Origin: Sediminicola sp.
GTDB lineage: Bacteria; Bacteroidota; Bacteroidia; Flavobacteriales; Flavobacteriaceae
Direction of reading: 5' to 3'
DNA: 43,360 bases
Assembly (NCBI GenBank): GCA_041602195.1
Contig: JBFIGS010000001.1
Location: forward strand, 1 to 43,360
A program made the position numbers and the translations under genes. The notes under the pieces were generated by a model, which worked only from the letters and a program-made list of their open reading frames with translations, had not been told where the DNA came from and did not search any database. Below are positions 28,838-38,723 of this stretch, one piece after another; the first letter of the stretch is position 1, and the number at the start of each line of letters is the position of its first letter.

Positions 28838-30223
28838 TTGTTCAAGCAGTATACTAAAGAATTCCGTTATAACTTACAATTGTCTTTCCCTGTCATTTTG
28901 GGGATGCTGGGTCATACCTTTGTGGCATTTGCAGATAATATAATGGTAGGCCAGTTGGGTACTGCAGAATTGGCCGCAGTCTCTTTGGGAAATAGCTTTG
29001 TTTTTATTGCGATGTCTCTTGGTATCGGATTCTCTACGGCTATAACTCCTTTGGTCGCAGAAGCGGACGGCGCTGGAAATAAAGAAGTTGGAAAAAGTGC
29101 CTTAAAGCACGGATTGGTACTTTGCACAGGATTGGGGTTGTCCCTTTTTGGCTTGATCATGTTGTCTAAGCCGCTAATGCATATGATGAAGCAGCCACCA
29201 GAGGTTGTTGAATTGGCAATGCCCTACTTAGACTTGGTAGCCTTTTCTTTGGTTCCCTTGATTATTTTTCAAGCCTTCAAACAATTTTCTGAGGGGCTTT
29301 CCCAGACCAAATATCCCATGTATGCCACGGTAATTGCCAATATCGTGAATATTGTTCTCAACTATTTATTGATTTTTGGTTCCTTCGGATTCCCAAAAAT
29401 GGGAATCGTTGGTGCGGCACTGGGAACATTGATTTCTAGGATTGTGATGGTCATTTATATATGGGTCCTTTTAAAAAATAAAAAGAAATTCCATGATTAT
29501 GTTACGGGGTTCAACTTCCGGAACATAGAAAAAAAGGTCATGAAAAAAATTATCGACCTCGGGTTTCCTTCGGCCCTACAAATGTTCTTTGAGGTGGGCA
29601 TTTTTACAGGAGCTATCTGGTTGAGCGGGGTATTGGGTAAAAATTCACAGGCAGCAAATCAAATTGCGTTGAACTTGTCCAGCATGACCTTTATGGTGGG
29701 GATGGGACTTGGAGTGGCGGCCATGATACGTGTGGGCAACCAAAAAGGATTAAAGAATTTTCAAGATCTAAGACGGATAGCCATTTCCATATTCTTTTTG
29801 ACATTTTTATTGGAAATCGTTTTTGCGACCTTGTTCCTTTTGTTCAAAGATTGGCTACCAACAATTTATTTGGATGTCAACGATCTTGCCAATAGTGCCG
29901 ATAATACCGAGGTGATCATTATGGCGGCAGAGTTAATATTGGTTGCCGCATTTTTTCAGATTTCAGACGGTTTACAGGTTGTTATTCTAGGTGCATTACG
30001 AGGTCTACAGGATGTGAAGATTCCCACAATCATGACATTTATTGCTTATTGGCTGATAGGATTTCCTGTTAGTTTTTATTTGGGATTGTATACCCCATTG
30101 CGCAGCACGGGGATATGGATTGGACTATTGGCTGGCTTGACTGCCTCTGCAATAATGTTGTATATTCGGTTCAATTATCTTACAAAAAAATTACTTGTCA
30201 ATACACTAATAGAGATTAAATAG
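28838..30223 (+). CDS. MATE family efflux transporter (NorM-like)
   Basis: DNIMVGQLG, about 12 TMs, RVGNQKG, GALRG, GIWIG. Confidence 0.93.
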   Translation: MFKQYTKEFRYNLQLSFPVILGMLGHTFVAFADNIMVGQLGTAELAAVSLGNSFVFIAMSLGIGFSTAITPLVAEADGAGNKEVGKSALKHGLVLCTGLGLSLFGLIMLSKPLMHMMKQPPEVVELAMPYLDLVAFSLVPLIIFQAFKQFSEGLSQTKYPMYATVIANIVNIVLNYLLIFGSFGFPKMGIVGAALGTLISRIVMVIYIWVLLKNKKKFHDYVTGFNFRNIEKKVMKKIIDLGFPSALQMFFEVGIFTGAIWLSGVLGKNSQAANQIALNLSSMTFMVGMGLGVAAMIRVGNQKGLKNFQDLRRIAISIFFLTFLLEIVFATLFLLFKDWLPTIYLDVNDLANSADNTEVIIMAAELILVAAFFQISDGLQVVILGALRGLQDVKIPTIMTFIAYWLIGFPVSFYLGLYTPLRSTGIWIGLLAGLTASAIMLYIRFNYLTKKLLVNTLIEIK

Positions 30224-30240
30224 ATAAAATTAATAAGACT

Positions 30241-30468
30241 ATGGATTTTCCTAAATTTTTACTGGGTGACAATACCGATTACCCAACTGCCATATTTGTT
30301 GTTCATACAGAGTACCCTAGATTTATCATCAATTTGGAAGATGATGAAGTAGAGTGGTTGGAAGATTTTACCAAAGAGGACGAAAAAGACCTTGAAGCTG
30401 AAGCAGAAACTCTCATAGAGCAGGCTACTGCTTTTTATGACAGGGAAATTTCCAGATACGTGGACTAA
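30241..30468 (+). CDS. Small acidic hypothetical protein
   Basis: 75 aa, tightly spaced in the operon between MATE and PAP2. Confidence 0.75.
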   Translation: MDFPKFLLGDNTDYPTAIFVVHTEYPRFIINLEDDEVEWLEDFTKEDEKDLEAEAETLIEQATAFYDREISRYVD

Positions 30469-30473
30469 TAGGG

Positions 30474-31046
30474 ATGGAGCAACTGGTACAACTCGATAAG
30501 CAATTTTTCTTGTTTCTCAATGCCATGGGGAGCACAACCTGGGATGGATTTTGGTTGTTCATGACCAATAAATTAAGTTCCATACCGCTCTATCTGTTTT
30601 TACTAATTGCTTCGTACAAAAGCTTTGGACTGAAAAAGACCCTGTTGATCGTGGTCACGGTAGCATTGCTCATTACGGCAACCGATCAATTGGCCAATTT
30701 TTTTAAATATGGGGTACGGCGATTACGGCCCTGCCATGATCCGGAACTAAACGGGCTGGTGCGCTTGGTAAAAAGTAGTTGTGGAGGTAAATATGGCTAT
30801 TTCTCTGCACATGCGGCTAATTCATTTGCGTTGGCTTTTTTCTTCACCAGGTTATTAGCATTAAAATACAAGTTTATTGGTCTCTTTTTAATTATTTGGG
30901 CTACGGTAGTGGCCTACAGTAGAATATATGTGGGAGTTCATTTTCCCTTGGATATATTGACGGGGATGGGAATAGGCTTATTTTTAAGCTGGTTATTTAC
31001 AAAGTTGTATATATTTGCTCTTCAGAAATTCTTCTATGATTTCTAA
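30474..31046 (+). CDS. PAP2-family membrane phosphatase
   Basis: K..V.RLRP, FSAH, SRIYVGVHFPLD. Confidence 0.92.
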   Translation: MEQLVQLDKQFFLFLNAMGSTTWDGFWLFMTNKLSSIPLYLFLLIASYKSFGLKKTLLIVVTVALLITATDQLANFFKYGVRRLRPCHDPELNGLVRLVKSSCGGKYGYFSAHAANSFALAFFFTRLLALKYKFIGLFLIIWATVVAYSRIYVGVHFPLDILTGMGIGLFLSWLFTKLYIFALQKFFYDF

Positions 31047-32694
31047 AACACGGTATTGGTTTTTATTAACTTTTGTTATTTTGGTCTATGTGGCCGGAAT
31101 GTTCGTTACCCTTCTCGAAAACGACTCCGCCCAATTTGCCGTCATGGCCATGCGCATGGTCCAAGAGAACGATTTTCTAAGTCTTTTTAAAGGTCCCGAA
31201 GAATATTTGGATAAGCCCCATATGCACTATTGGCTTGCGGCAATTTCCTTCAAACTATTTGGTATCAATGAATGGGCCTATCGCATTCCAGGAATCCTAT
31301 CTACCTTATTAGGAGCCTATAGCTGCTATGGTTTGGGTAAATTGTTATACAATAAGGCTACAGGAAAATTGGCAGCTTTGGTCTTCATGACCGCACAGAC
31401 CATTATGTTATCTACCATGGATGTACGTACCGATGCGGTACTTACAGGTTTTACCATTTTTGCCATTTGGCATTTGGTGGCTTTTATAGAGCATCATAAA
31501 ATGCAGTCAATAATTTTAGGTGCTTTTGGCGCAGGGATAGCATTTTCCACCAAAGGGCAAATCGCTATTTTGGTTATTGGTTTTCCCATTTTATGCCATT
31601 TGGCCTACACTAGAAAATGGCTCTCCCTGGTCAATTGGCGCATCTTGGTGGCTTTGGTGATATTTGCGATTACCATTACACCTATGCTGTATGCCTACTA
31701 CCACCAGTTTGACCTACATCCAGAAAAGGTTATTCGTGGGAAGGACCACCGAAGTGGTATTTTCTTTATTTTTTGGGAACAAAGTTTTGAACGCTTGAGC
31801 GGCGAGGGAGTGGGTAAGAATAGTAGTGATTTCTTCTTTTTCTTCCACACATTTCTATGGGTGTTTTTACCATGGACAGTGCTTGGGATAGCGGCCTACT
31901 GGACACGACTGAAAAAATTGTACCAATTAAAATTTAAGTATGATCCCGCAACAGAATTTTTAACGGTTGGAGGAATAACACTTATTTTCATTATCATAAG
32001 TTTTGCACAGTTTAAACTACCCCATTACCTAAATATTACCATGCCCTTGTTCTCCATCTTGACGGCTTCCTATCTCTTCAAGATGTACGAGACCGGTAGT
32101 CAGAAAACCAAAAAGATATTTTTGGGAATACAGTATTTTATTTTGGCTATTGTATTTATTGCGATGCTTCTTTTGTGCCTATTTGTCTTTAAACTGCAAA
32201 CAACACTTTCCTTTGTTTTATTGGGGATGCTATTAGCTGTGATCGTCTATTTTTGCCTGAAGAAGGAGGACTATGCCATAAGAGTGTTTACCATAGGAAT
32301 ATACACGTCACTGTTGTTAAACTCTATACTAAACCTTCATTTTTATCCGTCCTTATTAAAATATCAAGGAGGATCCAATATGGCCAAAATTGTGGCAGAA
32401 CAAGAGATACCGGTGGAGGATATCTACAAGGTGTCTCCGATGTATACTTGGGCACTGGACTTTTATAATAAGCGTCCTGTGACCATGGCTTCCTTACAGG
32501 ATCTTAAGAAGAAAAGTGATGTATGGATCTATGTTACCAACGATGAGCTGCTTAAACTAGATGAGGAAGGCTTCATATGGGATAAAAGGTACGTAGTGGA
32601 CCAATTCAGAATTACCAGGTTACAGGCGAAATTTATGAATCCGTCCAAGCGAAAAAATATAGTGGACAAAATGTACTTGGTCCATATCAATTAA
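31036..32694 (+). CDS. ArnT/PMT-like GT-C glycosyltransferase
   Basis: YLDKPHMHYW, WAYR.P, RTD, TKG, KLPHY, many TMs; -7 box TATATTTG at 31010-31017. Confidence 0.88.
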   Translation: MISKTRYWFLLTFVILVYVAGMFVTLLENDSAQFAVMAMRMVQENDFLSLFKGPEEYLDKPHMHYWLAAISFKLFGINEWAYRIPGILSTLLGAYSCYGLGKLLYNKATGKLAALVFMTAQTIMLSTMDVRTDAVLTGFTIFAIWHLVAFIEHHKMQSIILGAFGAGIAFSTKGQIAILVIGFPILCHLAYTRKWLSLVNWRILVALVIFAITITPMLYAYYHQFDLHPEKVIRGKDHRSGIFFIFWEQSFERLSGEGVGKNSSDFFFFFHTFLWVFLPWTVLGIAAYWTRLKKLYQLKFKYDPATEFLTVGGITLIFIIISFAQFKLPHYLNITMPLFSILTASYLFKMYETGSQKTKKIFLGIQYFILAIVFIAMLLLCLFVFKLQTTLSFVLLGMLLAVIVYFCLKKEDYAIRVFTIGIYTSLLLNSILNLHFYPSLLKYQGGSNMAKIVAEQEIPVEDIYKVSPMYTWALDFYNKRPVTMASLQDLKKKSDVWIYVTNDELLKLDEEGFIWDKRYVVDQFRITRLQAKFMNPSKRKNIVDKMYLVHIN

Positions 32695-33563
32695 ACTTCA
32701 AAGGTATCCAATTCCGGTTTTTTAAAATGGTACGCTATACCCAATAGGGATACCAGGGCAGTAATCAAAAAGAAAACCATAGAGATGCCAATTGATGCAT
32801 TTTGGTCCAATGCCAACCATGCTGCACCATAGAAGAAAGTAACTTCCCTACTTCCAATTCCGCCAATGGTTAGCGGTAATACCGAAATGATAGATGATAT
32901 AAGAAATATAAAAAGGTAAGCCACTGTGTTATATTCTAGATGAAGTGCTTTTAATATTAAGAACGCACTGATCAATTGGAACAATTGTACCAATGCAGAA
33001 TAACCAAAGGACGACCAAAAAACAGGTAGCACATAAGGGAAAAACCTCTTGTTCAAAAACCAGAAGACCACAACACTAAGAATCATTCCTACAACAGCTA
33101 CGACCTTAAGAAACGGTATATCTGCCTGATTTAAAAAGAGGGCTAGGAGGCAGGCGTAGATAAATAAAAGGAGCATCCCGCTCAAGCGATCAAGCACCAA
33201 TACGGAGACCACCTTTTTGGTTACTATATCAAACTTTTTCTTGATCAAGTATCCTTTGTAGGCATCTCCACCAATACCTCCCGGGAGAAATAGGTTATAG
33301 AACATTCCCAACAGATAAAGTTTAAGATTGCTCTTTTGAGTGAGGTGAATTTTTAGTTCGTGAAAATATAGATTTAGTCTAAAGGAAGAAATCACCTTGG
33401 AAACCACAAATGCCAGAATCGCCATTACTAAATATAAAGGCTGGGTACGTTTTATGGTCTGTACAACCTCTTCGATATTGATTTTCGAAAATATAAAGTA
33501 GATCAAAACCGCACTGATACTTATTTTTAATGCGGTGATGAGGTGTTTACGCTGCTTTATCAC
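32691..33563 (-). CDS. Lysylphosphatidylglycerol-synthase TM domain / UPF0104 flippase-like protein
   Basis: FYNLFLPGGIGGD, LDRLSG, PLTIGGIGSRE. Confidence 0.85.
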   Translation of the reverse strand: MIKQRKHLITALKISISAVLIYFIFSKINIEEVVQTIKRTQPLYLVMAILAFVVSKVISSFRLNLYFHELKIHLTQKSNLKLYLLGMFYNLFLPGGIGGDAYKGYLIKKKFDIVTKKVVSVLVLDRLSGMLLLFIYACLLALFLNQADIPFLKVVAVVGMILSVVVFWFLNKRFFPYVLPVFWSSFGYSALVQLFQLISAFLILKALHLEYNTVAYLFIFLISSIISVLPLTIGGIGSREVTFFYGAAWLALDQNASIGISMVFFLITALVSLLGIAYHFKKPELDTFEV

Positions 33564-34503
33564 CTACGAATACTTTTTTAATTCGGTAAGGTCTCTTGCT
33601 TTGCGATTCGTAATACGTGCGTATCAGTAATTCCATGACAATCCCAATGGTAAACAATTGTATGCCCGCAAGGATGAACATCATTCCAAATATCAATAAA
33701 GGACGTGTGCCAATATCTTCCCCCATCAATTTTACGATCAAAAGGTAAATGTTGATGAAAAATCCAAGAATGATCAATAGGACACCAAAAATACCAAAGA
33801 GATGAATGGGCCTCTGGAAGTACTTTCGGATAAACAAGAGCAGCATCATATCTGCCACAACTTTGAAAACACGTTCCAAACCGTATTTGGAAACTCCTGC
33901 ATGCCTTGCATGGTGTTTTACGGGCACTTGTTTTATCTGTGCACCTTCCAAATGTGCCAATAAGGTAATAAACCTATGCATTTCGCCATATAGGTTCAAG
34001 TCTTTTGCAATATCTTTTGTAAAAACCTTAAGAGCACAACCATTGTCCTTAATGTCCAATTTAGTAACCCTTCTCACCAAAAAATTAGCAATCTTTGAGG
34101 GTATTTTTTTAACCAAGGAATCTTTTCTTTTCTGGCGAATCCCTGTTACTACATCATATTCCCCGCTGACGGCATAGGTCAGCATTTGTGGGATATCACT
34201 GGGGTCATTCTGAAGATCCCCATCCATGGTAATGATATATTCCCCTTTTGCATAATCGATACCTGCAGCCAAAGCCAAGCTTTGACCATAATTCTTCTTC
34301 AATTCAATAAGATGCACCTTTTCGTCTTTCAGGTCCTTGACCACTTTTCTTGTCTGGTCGGTAGAAAAATCATCGATATAGATAATCTGATAATTATAAC
34401 CTTCCAGGCTTTCGTGGATTTTTTTTGTAAGTAGCGCAGCATTGTCTTCCTCATTATATAAAGGAACAACGATAGACAATAAAGAATCTGTGATAATATT
34501 CAT
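33547..34503 (-). CDS. Polyprenol-phosphate glycosyltransferase (GT2, ArnC/GtrB-like)
   Basis: VVPLYNEE, DDFSTD, NYGQ, MDGDLQNDP, HRF, two C-terminal TMs; -7 box TAAATTTG at 34525-34532. Confidence 0.9.
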   Translation of the reverse strand: MNIITDSLLSIVVPLYNEEDNAALLTKKIHESLEGYNYQIIYIDDFSTDQTRKVVKDLKDEKVHLIELKKNYGQSLALAAGIDYAKGEYIITMDGDLQNDPSDIPQMLTYAVSGEYDVVTGIRQKRKDSLVKKIPSKIANFLVRRVTKLDIKDNGCALKVFTKDIAKDLNLYGEMHRFITLLAHLEGAQIKQVPVKHHARHAGVSKYGLERVFKVVADMMLLLFIRKYFQRPIHLFGIFGVLLIILGFFINIYLLIVKLMGEDIGTRPLLIFGMMFILAGIQLFTIGIVMELLIRTYYESQSKRPYRIKKVFVGDKAA

Positions 34504-34538
34504 TGACAGGTGTTATTTCAGGGGCAAATTTAGGCTTT

Positions 34539-35585
34539 TTATTTAAGTTCTTTTTGATGCAGGGCCAAGAGCTTTTCAGCGGCCTTAAATGGAGAAATTT
34601 TGCTGTCCATTACTTCAAGCAATAAACGATCTAAAAGGACCTTTACCTCTTTGTTTTGGTAAAATCTCTGCTTTAGCTGGTCTTCAACCGTTTGTAACAG
34701 CCAGTATTTGTTTTGTTCCCTTCTTTTCAGTTGAAATCCACCTCTTATCTTATTCTCCTCTAAATAGGTGTCTACAAGTTCCCATATTTTATGAATACCC
34801 TTATTTTCCAGAGCTGAACAGGTAAGTACTTTGGGAATCCATCCGTTCTCCTTTGGTGGGTATAGGTGAAGGGCTCTTGTAAATTCGGTCTTCGCAATTT
34901 TCGCCCTTTTCAGGTTATCCCCATCGGCCTTATTGATGACGATGGCATCTGCCATTTCCATGATGCCTCTTTTGATTCCTTGGAGTTCATCACCGGCACC
35001 GGCCAATTTTAGGAGCAAAAAGAAATCCACCATACCGTGAACTGCTGTTTCACTTTGCCCGACACCTACGGTTTCTATTAAAATAACGTCATAGCCGGCG
35101 GCTTCACAAAGGATTATGGATTCCCTTGTCTTACGGGCCACACCTCCCAAAGAACTCCCTGAAGGGGAAGGTCTTATAAAGGCATTGGGATCTTTCACCA
35201 GTTCTTCCATACGGGTCTTGTCACCTAAAATACTCCCTTTGCTAATAGAACTAGTTGGGTCTACGGCAAGAACAGCGACCTTTTTTCCCAAGGCCGTCAA
35301 ATGCAGGCCAAAAGTTTCTATAAAGGTGCTTTTTCCAACCCCTGGAACACCAGTAATTCCTATTCTGATACTGTTTTTGGTGTGCGTAAGGCAGTTTTCA
35401 ATAATCTCATTTGCCCTATTTAAATGGGTAATATTGGTGCTTTCAACTAATGTAATAGCCCTTCCCAAAGCGGTTTTGTTTCCATGTAAGATACCTTCCG
35501 TAAGCTCTTTGGCAGACGGGATATTTTTTCTAAAAGATTTAATTTTAGAAATACTCTCCGAACTTGTGTTTTTTTCTGAACTCAA
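34539..35585 (-). CDS. meaB: Methylmalonyl-CoA mutase-associated GTPase
   Basis: GVPGVGKST, AVDP, LGDKTRM, ETVGVGQSE, NKAD. Confidence 0.95.
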   Translation of the reverse strand: MSSEKNTSSESISKIKSFRKNIPSAKELTEGILHGNKTALGRAITLVESTNITHLNRANEIIENCLTHTKNSIRIGITGVPGVGKSTFIETFGLHLTALGKKVAVLAVDPTSSISKGSILGDKTRMEELVKDPNAFIRPSPSGSSLGGVARKTRESIILCEAAGYDVILIETVGVGQSETAVHGMVDFFLLLKLAGAGDELQGIKRGIMEMADAIVINKADGDNLKRAKIAKTEFTRALHLYPPKENGWIPKVLTCSALENKGIHKIWELVDTYLEENKIRGGFQLKRREQNKYWLLQTVEDQLKQRFYQNKEVKVLLDRLLLEVMDSKISPFKAAEKLLALHQKELK

Positions 35586-35587
35586 TG

Positions 35588-36148
35588 CTACTTGTTAATT
35601 GGAATACTCACTTTGGTCTTATCCCATGCCATCGTGAGCAATACAGGGTCTTTACCTTCAAAATCAATTGTAAAACTTTCTAGGGCTTCTGTCATATTCG
35701 CTGTTGGAACTACCACTTTTACAATGTCTTCCTCGGGATTTCTGGTGGTATCCTTTCCCCCACTCAAAATAGTTACTCCCCAAGCGGGCACCTCTTTATT
35801 AAAAATTATTTCCCATTGATCCTTACTAGGTTTGGTCCAAAGGGAATAGGTCCCTGCTTGTAGGTTTTTATCCATGATCTTAATATCGGTGGCGGTGGTA
35901 AAGGTTGTTGGTTCATTGGCGCCAGTTCTCCATACTACATTATAAGGGACCAAATCTCCAAAAATTATACGGTCCTTTTTAAAAGGGCTACTATAATTGA
36001 CCGTCAGTTCCATTCCATCTTCCTTGAAGGCGGCTATTTTTTCCGGACTATTCTTTTTGGTCTGTTCTTTTAAAAAAGGCTGACCAACAAAGTAAAATAA
36101 TGCGCCTAGTAGTATAAAGACAATAAGAACCCATTTTAATGCTTTCAT
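35588..36148 (-). CDS. DUF2911 domain protein
   Basis: YSSP..K.R.IFG.LVPY..VWRTGANE, AGTYSL. Confidence 0.85.
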   Translation of the reverse strand: MKALKWVLIVFILLGALFYFVGQPFLKEQTKKNSPEKIAAFKEDGMELTVNYSSPFKKDRIIFGDLVPYNVVWRTGANEPTTFTTATDIKIMDKNLQAGTYSLWTKPSKDQWEIIFNKEVPAWGVTILSGGKDTTRNPEEDIVKVVVPTANMTEALESFTIDFEGKDPVLLTMAWDKTKVSIPINK

Positions 36149-36360
36149 TTTTGGTGGATTTTTGGTTGGTGGAACTAATTTACTAAATACAGTTCAAAGC
36201 ACGTTGAAAAGAGCCTTGATTCTAAGAAAGGATTAAAAAGACCTGCTTGGAATTCTAAGGAACGGAAACAAAGAAATTAAGATTTTGGATAATTTTAGGA
36301 GATAGTTTTATGTGGTTTCAATTTCAATTGGTACTTTAAGGGGTATTAAAAAAGACATAT

Positions 36361-36786
36361 ATGAAAACTATTTTTGAGAGCAGTGCAACCAATGAAGGTG
36401 GTAGAAACGGTCATGTGACCAGTGAGGATGGATTAATAGATTTTGAGGTAAGAATGCCTGGAGGCAAAACAAAAACGGAGGGAAAATATAGCAATCCGGA
36501 ACAGCTTTTTGCGGCGGCGTATTCCACTTGTTTTGCCAGTGCTTTACAAGCTGTAGCCAAAGAACATGAGGTAAAGGATTTAGGGGATTTTATTGTGACG
36601 GCTACTATTGCCCTTCAAGAAGACGAAGATGGGTTTTTATTGGAGGCAACCTTAGATTGCTACTTGCCAACAGTGGACCAAGAAAAAGGGGAGGAACTGG
36701 TAAATGCCGCCCATGAAATTTGTCCTTATAGCAGGGCCACAAGGGATAATATCACGGTACACTTGAACCTTTTAATGGATGAATAA
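36361..36786 (+). CDS. ohr: Ohr/OsmC family peroxiredoxin
   Basis: GGRNG, NPEQLFAA.YSTCF, AHEICPYS. Confidence 0.9.
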   Translation: MKTIFESSATNEGGRNGHVTSEDGLIDFEVRMPGGKTKTEGKYSNPEQLFAAAYSTCFASALQAVAKEHEVKDLGDFIVTATIALQEDEDGFLLEATLDCYLPTVDQEKGEELVNAAHEICPYSRATRDNITVHLNLLMDE

Positions 36787-36805
36787 ATTTAACTAAAATA
36801 TAGAA

Positions 36806-36837
36806 GGGGCCGTCAATCAGGATTGACGGTCTTTTTT
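36806..36837 (+). terminator. Intrinsic terminator
   Basis: GGCCGTCAATC-AG-GATTGACGGTC followed by T6. Confidence 0.8.
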
Positions 36838-36861
36838 AGTTTTATACGGCCTTTTTTAGTT

Positions 36862-37767
36862 TTATAAGGTGCCAAAATCAAAAGTTGATTCATTCTTATA
36901 TAATTCCCCCGGCTCTAGGATTGAAGAAGGAAAATTGGACTGGTTTGGTGCATCAGGATAATTTTGGGTCTCAAAACAAATGGCAGGAAAAGAGGCAGGG
37001 GTATAAATAACCACAGCTGGTTGGTTGGTGGTTACCTTCATTACAATTCCCGAAACATCGGAAGATACGGTGACAGCATTCTTACAATGGGGTTTAACTA
37101 TGAAAGGGGTGTCCAAACTAGTAGAACCTATTTTTTTATTGGACAAAAAATCATTCTGGGTATTCACGACCTTCTTGATCCTTCCTGTTGGCACCAATTG
37201 TTCATCTAATTCTAAAAAGCCATCGGATTTTAATTCCATATTATAATGGGCTACAGAATTTTCACCATCCAATTTAAAGTAGGAGTGGTTGGTCAGGTTG
37301 ATGACCGTTGTTTTATCGGTCTGAGCTTCATGTGAAATATGTAGGGAATTATCTATCAATTTATAGGTGACATGAACTTCAAGGTTGCCTGGATATCCTT
37401 CCTCCAAATCTTCGCTCTTATAAGAGAGTTTAATGAAGGGATTTTTCCCTGAATGCACTTTATTGAGTGTCCAATATTTCTTTCCAAATCCAATTTTACC
37501 GCCGTGCAAGTGCACCCCATTTTTGTTAGATAAGGGATAAAACTCACCATCCAAATGAAATCCACCTCGAGAAATCCTTCCTGCATATCTGCCGATGCAC
37601 GCCCCTAGGGCATTTTGATCACTTAAATAGACTTCTGGATTTTCATGTCCTACAACTACATTCTGTTCCTTGCCATGCTTATCTTTCACCATCATTTTTT
37701 GGATAATGGCCCCGTATTCCAAAACAGTTAAGGATATATATTCGTTTTTAATGGTAATTTGTTTCAA
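36862..37767 (-). CDS. galM: Aldose 1-epimerase family protein
   Basis: GRYAGRI, HLHGG, EGYPG, NLTNHSYF, CFETQ; probable TTG start at 37767. Confidence 0.88.
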   Translation of the reverse strand: MKQITIKNEYISLTVLEYGAIIQKMMVKDKHGKEQNVVVGHENPEVYLSDQNALGACIGRYAGRISRGGFHLDGEFYPLSNKNGVHLHGGKIGFGKKYWTLNKVHSGKNPFIKLSYKSEDLEEGYPGNLEVHVTYKLIDNSLHISHEAQTDKTTVINLTNHSYFKLDGENSVAHYNMELKSDGFLELDEQLVPTGRIKKVVNTQNDFLSNKKIGSTSLDTPFIVKPHCKNAVTVSSDVSGIVMKVTTNQPAVVIYTPASFPAICFETQNYPDAPNQSNFPSSILEPGELYKNESTFDFGTL

Positions 37768-37946
37768 AGGAAGAAAATTAGAATAGCGATAAAAATAGAG
37801 GTTTTTATCAAATTTCAAGGGGCAATGCCCAAAAGTTGGTCTAAATTAAGTAATAAACTGGACGTCTTTTAGGTTTTAAGATCTAATCAGGGATGGCTCG
37901 CATTGTAAGGATCATGTTGATCATAATCAAAAATCCATCAGCCCGA

Positions 37947-38678
37947 TTATTCCAATAAGACTAAGGTTCCAAATATATTGGCATTTTTATAGCCTTGATT
38001 TTTGTCCTCCCCAGGTACAAAAACGGACCCGATAAAATTTTCGCGTTCTTTGCTGTCATCATTATCGCAATAGGCAATGGCAAAACCAACCTTTTTGTTT
38101 GTCTCTAAATTTTTTGGACTATTTTTTTCTCCATCAACAAAACTGTCATCGTATATTTTAACAGCAATTTCCCAGGTGCTGGTTTGCCCATTGGTGGTTC
38201 TTACGGAAGTTATATGGTCATTGTACAACCTTGGTAATTCATCAGGGGCCAAATCAACAACATTACCGTCCAAAGCAATATGATATGCGAAAGCATTATG
38301 GTTAAACTGATGTGGACCACCTGAGTTGTCTTCATCTATAAAAACTTCAACGCAGTCATCGTCCCACCATAATTTTAAAGGATCATCATACTGGTCATAT
38401 AGGACGTCATCGGTGATTTCCGCTAGGATATATAAAGCACTTTCATCCCAACTTAATTTGTACCGGCCGCTAAAATCCTTGTAGGTGTAAGCGTTTCCCA
38501 ACCAATTTTGGTCCATAGCAAGCCACTCTGCCTTGTTCCAGCAATCGTCCATATCTTTCCCATCTATATTTGGGCTTTTGCTCGCTTTCTTAACCTCTAT
38601 GATTTGATGGTCTACTTTTTTGTCGGAAGAACAGCTCCAGACCATGAAAGATAAAAATATTACTAACAGCTTTTTCAT
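37947..38678 (-). CDS. CBM9-like sugar-binding lipoprotein
   Basis: Lipobox VWSC; P.IDG...W, WD..ALY, DDCVEVFID, YCDND. Confidence 0.75.
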   Translation of the reverse strand: MKKLLVIFLSFMVWSCSSDKKVDHQIIEVKKASKSPNIDGKDMDDCWNKAEWLAMDQNWLGNAYTYKDFSGRYKLSWDESALYILAEITDDVLYDQYDDPLKLWWDDDCVEVFIDEDNSGGPHQFNHNAFAYHIALDGNVVDLAPDELPRLYNDHITSVRTTNGQTSTWEIAVKIYDDSFVDGEKNSPKNLETNKKVGFAIAYCDNDDSKERENFIGSVFVPGEDKNQGYKNANIFGTLVLLE

Positions 38679-38723
38679 ATATCGAAGATACTATTTTCGC
38701 TGTAAAGTAGTCAAATTCTTATT

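Noticed and set aside
34539-35585. meaB without an adjacent methylmalonyl-CoA mutase
   Set aside because: An unlinked mutase elsewhere in the genome is the simple explanation; nothing unusual in the sequence.
35116-35598. 160-aa plus-strand ORF, and similar shadow ORFs such as 26766-27203, 39985-40434, 9918-10292 and 33806-34177
   Set aside because: Antisense to well-supported genes and without recognisable motifs.
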